This document shows positions 38,823-47,532 of a stretch of 64,000 bases of DNA, piece by piece. The stretch is from NCBI GenBank assembly GCA_046350335.1, contig JAXMAQ010000017.1, positions 57,165 to 121,164 on the forward strand. The letters are read 5' to 3'. Source of the stretch: Planctomycetota bacterium. GTDB taxonomy: Bacteria > Planctomycetota > Planctomycetia > Kolteriales > Kolteriaceae. Each line of letters opens with the position of its first letter. Position 1 is the stretch's first letter. Position numbers and translations under genes: made by a program. The notes under the pieces are model-generated. The model saw only the letters and a list, made by a program, of their open reading frames with translations, had not been told where the DNA came from and made no database searches.

Positions 38823-40061
38823 TTGACTCGTTATACTGGCGTTCCGTCACCTCTTCGTGCCGTTAACGAGGGAAATGCAACGTTGATCCCATCGCTTCTA
38901 CGTCCGCTTCTTTGCATCGGCACGCGACCGGAAGCGATCAAGATGGCGCCGGTTGTTTTGGAATGCCGGCAGCGAATCAATGTCAAGCCAATCATCTGCA
39001 CCACCGGCCAGCACAAAGATCTGGTGCGGCCCATTCTCGATTATTTCGGCATCGTGCCGGAAGAATCGCTTCCCAGCATGGCCGGTGAAACGACGCTCGC
39101 CAATCTCACGGCGAATTTGTTGTTGGGATTGGATCAATTGCTCGTTAAAGTCGCTCCCGATTGCGTCGTCGCGCAAGGGGATACCGCTTCCGTACTCGCG
39201 GCGTCCATGGCCGCGTTCTATCGGCATGTACCCTTCGTGCATGTGGAAGCAGGGCTGCGGACTGGGGATCTACGCGCGCCTTGGCCCGAGGAGTTCAATC
39301 GTCGGGTCGCGGGGATTACGGCGGCGCTCCATTGCGCACCCACCGATAGGAGTGCCGGAAATCTCCGCAGGGAAGGAGTGCCTCTAGGCGATATCGAGGT
39401 GACGGGAAACACTGTTGTTGACGCCCTCTTTCGAGTTCTTGAGCGTGAGCGTTCCCGGTCCCCGCATTGGTCCCGTTGGTTTCAACTACCTCCGGATGCG
39501 CCGGTGGTGTTGGTGACGGGGCATCGTCGCGAGAACTTCGGCGAAGGGTTGCAAAACGTGTGTCATGCGCTCGTCCAACTCTCCGAGCGTTTCCCGGATC
39601 ATTACTTTCTGTATCCCGTACATCCGAACCCGAAGGTGGATGGTCCGGTCCGCGCGATCCTGGGAAATCGTCCCAATGTTCGATTGCTCGCGCCCGCGGG
39701 GTATCCTGAGTTTGTTTGGTTGATGAATCGAGCCACGTTGATTCTCACGGATTCGGGGGGAATTCAGGAAGAGGCGCCATCACTGGGAAAACGGGTGCTC
39801 GTTTTTCGTGACACGACGGAACGACCGGAATCGGTGGAAGCGGGGTATTCAGTCTTGGTCGGTACGCAATCGGAACGAATCGTGGAACATGCGGTTCGAG
39901 TCCTCGAAGGGCATTCTCCACCGCTTGACGCGATAAACAATCCCTACGGTGACGGACATGCGGCAGCGAAGATCGTTGACGCCATGTTGGCCCGATTTGC
40001 AAGACGCGAGATAAGCAGTGAATTCATGGGGAAAAACCGGGAAAACCATGGCCAAGGATGA
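38823..40061 (+). CDS. wecB: UDP-N-acetylglucosamine 2-epimerase (non-hydrolysing)
   Basis: …GTRPEAIKMAPV…, DSGGIQEEAPSLGKRVLVFRDTTERPE. A TTG start near 38883 is more likely. Confidence 0.85.
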   Translation: MTRYTGVPSPLRAVNEGNATLIPSLLRPLLCIGTRPEAIKMAPVVLECRQRINVKPIICTTGQHKDLVRPILDYFGIVPEESLPSMAGETTLANLTANLLLGLDQLLVKVAPDCVVAQGDTASVLAASMAAFYRHVPFVHVEAGLRTGDLRAPWPEEFNRRVAGITAALHCAPTDRSAGNLRREGVPLGDIEVTGNTVVDALFRVLERERSRSPHWSRWFQLPPDAPVVLVTGHRRENFGEGLQNVCHALVQLSERFPDHYFLYPVHPNPKVDGPVRAILGNRPNVRLLAPAGYPEFVWLMNRATLILTDSGGIQEEAPSLGKRVLVFRDTTERPESVEAGYSVLVGTQSERIVEHAVRVLEGHSPPLDAINNPYGDGHAAAKIVDAMLARFARREISSEFMGKNRENHGQG

Positions 40062-40845
40062 TCCGCAGTTAAAGGTGTCTTCCGTGCCAGCCTGGCGCCG
40101 CGCGCGGGGTAGGGTGTTCGTGGTCCTCCCCGCGTATAACGAGGAGGCCAATCTCGGCCCATTGCTCGAACGGATCGACCAGGCGATGCACGAGGACTCG
40201 ATGTCCTACGAAGTCGTGCTTGTCGACGACGGCAGCCAAGACGCCACCGCCGAGGTCGCCTTGCGATATGCCCGATCCATACCGTTGCATCTCGAGCGCC
40301 ATGGGAAAAACCAGGGGCTTGGAGCGACGATCCGAGACGGACTTCGAGTCGCGGCGACTCGCTGTTCCCCGGGGGACATCGTCGTGGCCATGGACGCGGA
40401 CAATACGCATACCCCAGGTTTGATTCGAAGCATGGTCCGTTTGATCCACGAAGGGAACGACGTCGTCATCGCGTCTCGATATCAGCCTGGTTCCTACATC
40501 CGCGGTCTCTCTTGGTTTCGTCGATTTCTCAGCTTTGCCGCGCGCGTCCTGTTCCAGGTTGTCTTTCCCATTCGCGGCGTGCGCGACTATACCTGTGGCT
40601 ATCGCGCCTATCGTGGCGAGATTCTGCGCCAGGCGTTCGAGAAGTACGGCGACGATTTCGTCAATGAAGAAGGTTTTCAATGCATGGTCGACATTTTGCT
40701 CAAGCTCCGCAAAATGGACGTCATCTTTCGCGAAGTTCCCCTTATTCTGCGCTACGACCAGAAAGCCGGCGCGAGCAAGATGAACGTTGGTCGGACGATT
40801 CGCCGCACGCTCCAGCTAATGGTCCGCCGCCGCTTTGGCCAATAG
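40048..40845 (+). CDS. GT2-family polyprenol-phosphate glycosyltransferase (DPM1/ArnC-like)
   Basis: VVLPAYNEE…VDDGSQD…DADNTH…RGxxRxY pattern fits this family. Confidence 0.8.
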   Translation: MAKDDPQLKVSSVPAWRRARGRVFVVLPAYNEEANLGPLLERIDQAMHEDSMSYEVVLVDDGSQDATAEVALRYARSIPLHLERHGKNQGLGATIRDGLRVAATRCSPGDIVVAMDADNTHTPGLIRSMVRLIHEGNDVVIASRYQPGSYIRGLSWFRRFLSFAARVLFQVVFPIRGVRDYTCGYRAYRGEILRQAFEKYGDDFVNEEGFQCMVDILLKLRKMDVIFREVPLILRYDQKAGASKMNVGRTIRRTLQLMVRRRFGQ

Positions 40846-40914
40846 TCCATGGTCGATGGCACGCGGGACCATAATTCCGGGCGACAAAGGTGACTGGGAC
40901 GGCTTGAATCGTCG

Positions 40915-41565
40915 ATGACTTCTTCATTCGATCGGCACTATTACGAGACCTATTACCGCAATTACACGTTGCAGAACCCCCGGCGCAAGCTCCTGTATTA
41001 CCGGAGAATCTTGGAGAAGCATTTGGGTGAAGGGGCTCCCCGTTCCGTGCATGACATGGGGTGCGCTTTCGGCGCGTTCCTTGGCTCGCTCGACGATACT
41101 TGGGAGATTCATGGCTCGGATGTCAGTGAGTTCGCGATCGAGGAGGCGCGGAAAAGTTACCCGCGTGGAGCATTTCTCGTCGGCGACGCGAGCAGGGCGC
41201 CGGTGTTTTCTCGCCCCTTCGGCGTCGTGACGGCGTTCGACGTCATCGAGCACGTTCCCGACCTGGATCGAGTCGCGGATTCGGTGAATGCCCAGCTGGT
41301 TTTCGGCGGCCTCTTTGTCTTCGTCGTTCCCGTCTACGATGGGCTCAGTGGACCCATTATCCGCTTGCTGGACCGCGATCCGACCCATGTTCATAAGTGG
41401 CCGAGACAACGATGGCTCGATTGGGCCGTCAAGTCTTTCGAACTTCTCGAGTGGCAGGGGATTGTCCGATACCTGCTCCCATGGGGATACTACCTACACG
41501 TGGTGACCAATCGGTGCCGAGCACATGCGCCCGCCATCCTGGTCGCTTGCCGGAAACGGTCGTAG
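40915..41565 (+). CDS. Class I SAM-dependent methyltransferase
   Basis: SAM-binding motif I HDMGCAFGAF and an acidic loop DVIEHV are present. Confidence 0.75.
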   Translation: MTSSFDRHYYETYYRNYTLQNPRRKLLYYRRILEKHLGEGAPRSVHDMGCAFGAFLGSLDDTWEIHGSDVSEFAIEEARKSYPRGAFLVGDASRAPVFSRPFGVVTAFDVIEHVPDLDRVADSVNAQLVFGGLFVFVVPVYDGLSGPIIRLLDRDPTHVHKWPRQRWLDWAVKSFELLEWQGIVRYLLPWGYYLHVVTNRCRAHAPAILVACRKRS

Positions 41566-41662
41566 CTCCTGGTGTCGCCGACGTTTTACTTCCATGGCAG
41601 GCGCCGCGAGCGGAACAGTCTGGATGGAGGGGATGGGAGCTTTCCAGTAATCCGAGGATCCC

Positions 41663-43360
41663 GTGCTGCAACGAATCCCGTACCTTGTTGGGCTTCTCTT
41701 GGTCGCGACAGCGTCGTTGTATCGACTCGACATGCCCGTCCTCTGGAACGACGAAGCGGATACCGCCGTCACGGGCCGAAATGTACTCATTCATGGCTAT
41801 CCCGTGGCGCACGATGGAAGAAACGTGCTGGTGTTCGGCAATTGCATGGGGGTTAGCGTCGACTTGCAGCCGAGAACCTTGCCGCCGGTTCAATACTACG
41901 TCGCGGCGGCGGGGATCCATCTTTTCGGCGATAACGCGCGCGGCGTGAGAGTTCCTTTTGCTCTGATCGGCATCCTCGCCTTTTTTCCGCTGTGCGCGCT
42001 CCTGCGGCCGTTGACCCCCAACGTGGTCGTCTACGCTACCCTTCTATTGCTTTCGCCTCAAGTAGTTCTCTTTCACCGCAACGCGCGCTATTTTCCAGTG
42101 CTGACGCTGACCTGTGTTCTCGCGCTCTGGCTGCTAACGCGCAAGGACGGTTCAAAATCCGCGCGCTTCGTTTCCCTTTCCTTGATTTCCGCCGTCATGT
42201 TCAATGCACATCCACTCGCCGCCGCCTTGACTTTCGCGTCGTTTGCCGTCATGGCTTTCCTTGCTCGCCGCGACCGCTTGGGGGAGACGCTGGTGTCCGG
42301 GGCGGTGGGTTTTGCCTCCTGGTTCTTGATCTACTTCCCTAAAAAACCGGTCGGATCCGTCCCCCCCACGATCGCCTCGAGTCAAGCGAGCGGAATAGGT
42401 GATTGGCTTTCAAACTTCGTCTCCGGCATGATTGCCGGGTTCGCGGATCTCGACTTCGTCAACGGATTGCCCTTGGTCTTTGCGTTTCTAATCATCTCCT
42501 TTTCCTTGGCATTCGTTCGATCGCGGTTCCTTGTTGTCGCGCGCTATCCGCTAACCATTTTCGTGGTGGTGAACCTGCTTTTACAGATCGTTGCCACGGC
42601 CGCGTTGAGTGGATCGGAGACGCAGTGGCACTACGCGGTACTCCGCTACATGCCACATTTGTTCGTGCTCTTGCCTTTGCCTCTCTTTCTTCTCGTGGAA
42701 ACGTGGTTCGGCGAGCCCGAAGATGGCCGAGTGCGAAAAGTGGAATTCAGCGAACGGCGACGCTCCCCGAACCAAACTCCAGAATCAAGTCGTCCGTTGC
42801 CGGCGGTTACTCAAGGCCGTAAAGCCGCGCTCTTGGTGGTGGTGCCGATCTTCCTTCTGAACGTGGGGGGCGTGTCGCTGTTTACGCAACCCGCCGAGGG
42901 TCGGCGCTGGCATGTCTCGTGGTGGCTTCCGGTGTATAAGGAGATCTTCCAGCCACCAACGGATCCGATGCTAAAGCTTTTTCAGACGCTTCGAGACCAA
43001 GCACCTGCTTCAACGGATACCCCGATCCAGGTGGTCCCCAAATTCCTCAATGACGTCTTTACCTATTACGTGGGAGATCGGTACTTGATCGCGCCCGACG
43101 TTGAAGCCTCGTCGGACTGCCAGGCATGTGTCGAGGCCGCGATCGGCAAGGAGTCGTTCGCGCGTTTCCGCCAGCCCCCAACTTGGGGAGTCATTTTTGG
43201 CAAGGCGGCGAACGTCCCTCCTGGCTACCGCGAAATGAAGATCGACTTTAACCGTTGGCTTCCTGACGCGACTCGGCCGGAACTGACGCGGCATGGATTC
43301 GCGGGGGAGGGGACCGCGACCACCTTTTATTCCCTGTTTCGAAAAAATGACTCGCCTTGA
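41663..43360 (+). CDS. GT-C-fold membrane glycosyltransferase (ArnT/PMT-like)
   Basis: 565 aa with about 11 TM segments and a DEADT-like motif in the first periplasmic loop (WNDEADTAV). It lies directly downstream of the GT2 and methyltransferase genes. Confidence 0.65.
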   Translation: MLQRIPYLVGLLLVATASLYRLDMPVLWNDEADTAVTGRNVLIHGYPVAHDGRNVLVFGNCMGVSVDLQPRTLPPVQYYVAAAGIHLFGDNARGVRVPFALIGILAFFPLCALLRPLTPNVVVYATLLLLSPQVVLFHRNARYFPVLTLTCVLALWLLTRKDGSKSARFVSLSLISAVMFNAHPLAAALTFASFAVMAFLARRDRLGETLVSGAVGFASWFLIYFPKKPVGSVPPTIASSQASGIGDWLSNFVSGMIAGFADLDFVNGLPLVFAFLIISFSLAFVRSRFLVVARYPLTIFVVVNLLLQIVATAALSGSETQWHYAVLRYMPHLFVLLPLPLFLLVETWFGEPEDGRVRKVEFSERRRSPNQTPESSRPLPAVTQGRKAALLVVVPIFLLNVGGVSLFTQPAEGRRWHVSWWLPVYKEIFQPPTDPMLKLFQTLRDQAPASTDTPIQVVPKFLNDVFTYYVGDRYLIAPDVEASSDCQACVEAAIGKESFARFRQPPTWGVIFGKAANVPPGYREMKIDFNRWLPDATRPELTRHGFAGEGTATTFYSLFRKNDSP

Positions 43361-43398
43361 GGATCGATGCGGACTTTTGGAACATGGTCCGCTGAGCG

Positions 43399-44253
43399 TC
43401 AGGTTGATTCGAGAAAGGCGGTGACGAATCGCAGGGTGGCTTCCGTATGCAGCGAGTGAATCAAGTGGCCTACCTCGCGGATTCGGATGAAGGTGCACCG
43501 CCGAATCCACGCGGCGGCGAGCTCGGCATCATTATCGGAGAGCGCCCCGCCGAGGTTGAAATTTCCCTGTAAAAGCAGCGAGGGGCAGGCGATGCTTCTC
43601 AGGATTTGCTCCAGATCGTAACCTTCGAGCCAACGGCCGTCGATCACCGGAGTGAGGACGTCCGGATCCATCTGCGAGAGTCCCTTGGCGGAGAACCGGA
43701 GTGAGGCGGGATCACGGATATCGGCGAGCCGTACTCGATCCGCGGAACGGGGAGGCTGGATGGCGATTTCCGCCAGACCATTCACCAGCTCATCGATGGC
43801 AAGCCCGGACCCAGCGAGTTCCTGAAAGGCTCGAAACATTTCCCGGTAGTACGTCTGTCCGATCGTTTTGCCCATGGAGCGGAAAGGGGGATCTTCCAGA
43901 ATGGTGGCGCGAACCCGTTCGGGGGCCTCGGCGGCGACCGCTGCCGTTACCAAACCTCCCAGGGAATGCCCAAACACGACCGCCGGCTCGTCCAATCGTT
44001 CGCGTAAAAACCGAACCACGTCCCGAGCGTAATCGAGCACCAGGTAATTGCCGTTTCCCCGGCCGGAACGCCCATGACCTCGAAAATCGAGCGCAAAGAC
44101 TTGCCAGCGATAGGCAAGCGTCGGTATGACCGTCAGAAAGTCCTGCCAGCAGCGGGTGACCCCATGAAGAAGAACTAACGGGGGGCCTGAGGGGGGGCCC
44201 TCCGCGTAGTTTAGGTCAATTTCCCCAGCTCGAAAGATTTGTTCCCGCAGCAT
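43399..44253 (-). CDS. Alpha/beta-fold hydrolase
   Basis: LVLLHGV…GHSLGG nucleophile elbow is present. A GGAG ribosome-binding site precedes the ATG at 44253; an alternative start is at 44292. Confidence 0.8.
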   Translation of the reverse strand: MLREQIFRAGEIDLNYAEGPPSGPPLVLLHGVTRCWQDFLTVIPTLAYRWQVFALDFRGHGRSGRGNGNYLVLDYARDVVRFLRERLDEPAVVFGHSLGGLVTAAVAAEAPERVRATILEDPPFRSMGKTIGQTYYREMFRAFQELAGSGLAIDELVNGLAEIAIQPPRSADRVRLADIRDPASLRFSAKGLSQMDPDVLTPVIDGRWLEGYDLEQILRSIACPSLLLQGNFNLGGALSDNDAELAAAWIRRCTFIRIREVGHLIHSLHTEATLRFVTAFLEST

Positions 44254-44464
44254 TCTAGTTTCTCCAGCTCCTAACGACGTAGAATACAGCATCGGACGTT
44301 TGCCATGCGTAGGCAAGGGAGATATGCCAACGAACGGCGTCCGCGGAAGCGACGGGCATCCGCCGCCGTCGAATGGGCAAGCATGGGGAATGGAACATCC
44401 CTTGCTCCCGAGGAAAGGGTTCGATTTCGTCCGGGAAGACAGTTTAATCATCGAGGCTTGGGGC

Positions 44465-45394
44465 ATGGGGATTTACGATCGCGACTATTACCGGGAAACA
44501 CCGCGGGGATTCGGCCGCGGCAGCCTGGCGGGGTTCTCGGTGACCACGTGGATCATCGTGGTAAACGTTGCAGTCTTTGTCCTGGATGCCTTGCTCAAGA
44601 ACATGAACTATCAGTTCATCCTGGTGGATGGTCGGGGACGGCCGGTGTTGATTGCTCCGCCGCTCGAGTTCTTCGGCCTTTTTTCGGTCTCGACGGTGGT
44701 TGGTCACTGGGAAGTTTGGCGGTTCATCACCTATCAATTTTTGCACGCAAATTTGATGCACCTCGGCTTCAACATGCTCGCGCTGTACTTTTTCGGCGGA
44801 ATCATTGAGGATTATCTTGGAAGTCGCCGGTACCTGGCGTACTACCTCATTGCCGGGGTCGCAGGCGCCATCCTTTACTTAGCGCTCTATTTCCTCAACG
44901 TGCTCGTCTACTACCCTTGGACGCCGCTCATCGGAGCGTCGGCGGGTATCTACGGCATTCTGATCGGTGCCGCAACCTTGGCTCCGAACAGCCAGGTCAT
45001 GATCATGATTTTTCCGTTCTTCGTCCCCATGCGTCTGCGCACCCTTGCCATGATCATGATCGGCGTGGCCGTCTATCAGGTCTTCCTGGGTGGCAACAAT
45101 TCGGGTGGAGAAGCGGCTCACCTGGGAGGAGCGGCGCTCGGATACCTGCTCATCCGTAACTCGCATCTCCTCTCTTTCGTGGACGGGTTCTCGCTGGGTA
45201 GTCTATTTTCTCGGCGGGAATCCTCCGATCCTTTTGTGCATGGACATGGTGCCTGGGAAAGGCGCATGCGCGCCAAGGAGGAGCTCGAAGAGGAGGTGGA
45301 TCGGATCCTTCGCAAGATCAAGCTCGAGGGGATGGACAGCCTCACGAATGACGAGCGGGACACGCTAATCAACGCCAGCCGCCAAAGGCAGTAA
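44465..45394 (+). CDS. Rhomboid-family intramembrane serine protease
   Basis: GASAGIYG (catalytic Ser) and AHLGGAALG (catalytic His) motifs within six or more TM segments. Confidence 0.8.
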   Translation: MGIYDRDYYRETPRGFGRGSLAGFSVTTWIIVVNVAVFVLDALLKNMNYQFILVDGRGRPVLIAPPLEFFGLFSVSTVVGHWEVWRFITYQFLHANLMHLGFNMLALYFFGGIIEDYLGSRRYLAYYLIAGVAGAILYLALYFLNVLVYYPWTPLIGASAGIYGILIGAATLAPNSQVMIMIFPFFVPMRLRTLAMIMIGVAVYQVFLGGNNSGGEAAHLGGAALGYLLIRNSHLLSFVDGFSLGSLFSRRESSDPFVHGHGAWERRMRAKEELEEEVDRILRKIKLEGMDSLTNDERDTLINASRQRQ

Positions 45395-45897
45395 CTCTCG
45401 AATCGAGCGTTCGAGAACTCCTGCCGATTTTCGCGTCATTCATGTTTTTATCGGGCGCCGATTGCGTTTGCACGTTCCTTGCCGGCGAGATTGCTGTACC
45501 TTCAATTGAACCTGTTGCCGTTCAGACAAGTAACGCCTTGGTCCGGCTCTCATTTCAACGCCGAGAATCGCTGCTAGCGTCACGGCCCTTCCAGTGATCG
45601 CACCGGGATATTCTCCGTTGCTTTTCTGAATCTAAACCTCTTCAAGGCGTCGAAGGATCCATGGTCACGAAGAAATCTATACCGTACATCGGAATGATGG
45701 TCTTTTCTAAACTGGTAATTACCAGCCATGTATTACGATCGGAATGATCGAATACTTTGATGCGGAAGCTGCTGAACTGTTGAAAGTTCAGGACCGGAAA
45801 CTTACACACCTAAACCCGTTTTCTCCGTGAGAGGCGAGCGATGTCGCCGGTAAGTATTGTTCGACAAGACAGGTGATTGCCGAGAAGGAGTATCGAG

Positions 45898-47121
45898 ATG
45901 AATCGTGGTATTCCATGTGCTTTGGCGTTGCTGCTCCTCGCTTTCTCGGTGAAGGCCGACGAAGCCTGGCATCCCATCGTTCCCTATCTTTCCCCAGGGA
46001 AATGGAGCGAGGGAGAAAAGAAGTTTGCCGCGGATGTCCCCGATGACCAGACTCGATTCGGGCTCGGCATCCTGCAAATCTTGACGGCGTTCGAACATCT
46101 TTCGGGTGGACTTTACGAGCATGGATTTCTGTCGGATCCATCCATGCCTCGGTCCGACAGGGGGTCGTTCTTCAACGCCAAGCCGAAGCCAATCAACGAC
46201 AAAGGTGCCGGCGATCTCATCCGAAATTTCGTGAAGGATCTCGCAGTTGCCGAAGCTACGCTCGCGGGCGTCAAGGACCCCAAGATCAAACTCAAACTTC
46301 CCATTGGAAAGCTCTTCGCGGAATATCGGGCATCTTTCGGTCGAAATCCGTTGATGCGTTTTCTGCCCATGCTGACCGAGTTCGCGCCCGCGATCGCGAC
46401 GGAAGCAGTGCCCGATGAGAACTCAATGTCGGTCATGGTAATTACATTTGATCAAGCGGACGTGACCTGGCTGCGCGGGTACTGTCATATTCTACTGGCG
46501 TTTGGCGAGTTGATCTCGGCGTGCGATCTCAAGGATTGGTTCGATCGGAGCGCGCACTTTGTTTTTCCCAAAGTGGAGGGCCCGTACCCTTTCCTGCGGC
46601 AGCCGCGATCGGACGCATTTTTCAACGATCCCTTTTTCATGGTGGACCTGGCTGCCGCCGCCGTCACGTTTGGTGGGCCGGTGGCCGAGCCCAAGCGACT
46701 GGAAGCGTCGCTGGAACATTTTCGGATGGTCCCCGTTCTCAGTCGACGGATGTGGTCCGAAGTTCGCGCGGAGACCGACGACGACCACGAATGGATTCCC
46801 GGTCCCAGGCAGAAATCGGGCCCTGCGGGGGCGGCGGTTACGGAGCAAATGGTCGACGCCTGGCTCGCCATGCTCGACGAAGTCGCCGCGATACTTGATG
46901 GAAAACTCCTCGTCCCTTTCTGGCGTGGCGGTGGAACGCAAGGCGTGAACCTGAAGCGCGCCTTCCTGGAATCGAAGCGTCTCTCCGCCCTGGATTGGAT
47001 TCAGGGAACCGCCGCCGCTCCTTACCTTGAGGCAGGTCCCCTTGCCAAGCCAAACGTCTGGAACCGACTGCTCGACGTTTTTGGCGACAACGTCTTTGGT
47101 TACGCCCTTTGGTTCAATTGA
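45898..47121 (+). CDS. Hypothetical secreted protein
   Basis: An AAGGAG ribosome-binding site and the signal peptide MNRGIPCALALLLLAFSVKA are present. No recognisable family. Confidence 0.6.
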   Translation: MNRGIPCALALLLLAFSVKADEAWHPIVPYLSPGKWSEGEKKFAADVPDDQTRFGLGILQILTAFEHLSGGLYEHGFLSDPSMPRSDRGSFFNAKPKPINDKGAGDLIRNFVKDLAVAEATLAGVKDPKIKLKLPIGKLFAEYRASFGRNPLMRFLPMLTEFAPAIATEAVPDENSMSVMVITFDQADVTWLRGYCHILLAFGELISACDLKDWFDRSAHFVFPKVEGPYPFLRQPRSDAFFNDPFFMVDLAAAAVTFGGPVAEPKRLEASLEHFRMVPVLSRRMWSEVRAETDDDHEWIPGPRQKSGPAGAAVTEQMVDAWLAMLDEVAAILDGKLLVPFWRGGGTQGVNLKRAFLESKRLSALDWIQGTAAAPYLEAGPLAKPNVWNRLLDVFGDNVFGYALWFN

Positions 47122-47532
47122 CGAAGAGAATGCGAGCCCACCTTCCTCGATGTCCGGGGGTGAATAGATGTTTTTGAAGTGACGACGGAAATCGTTACTC
47201 GACTTGTTCTTGCGGTCCAATGCGTAATTTCATCCATGCGATCTTCGAAAACTAGTTATAATAGTCGGCAGTGTAGCCGAGTTCCGCGTCCACCAGGGTC
47301 GCGGGAGCGGGGGACCCAACTGAAAGCCGAGGAAACTCGGTTTTCTGGGGCGCAGGCTCGCAACGCCGCGAGTCGGAGCACTTTCAAGCTCTAGCCCGTC
47401 AGCTAACCTCGTAGGCCGGTCCGCGATGTGTCGTCGCTGGCCGTTCGTTGAAAGTGCACTCCACGTCAAAGCGGCGTCACGCGACGCGGAGCGCGGGTTT
47501 CCATCCGGGCATTCCTGCCCTGAAGGTGCTCC

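Noticed and set aside
46492-47220. 242-aa minus-strand ORF overlapping the secreted hypothetical gene
   Set aside because: It is antisense to a gene that has a ribosome-binding site and a signal peptide. It has no motifs and is a typical GC-rich shadow ORF. The same reasoning applies to 3023-3745, 3956-4822, 10368-10988, 34648-35457, 36022-36876 and 59829-60764.
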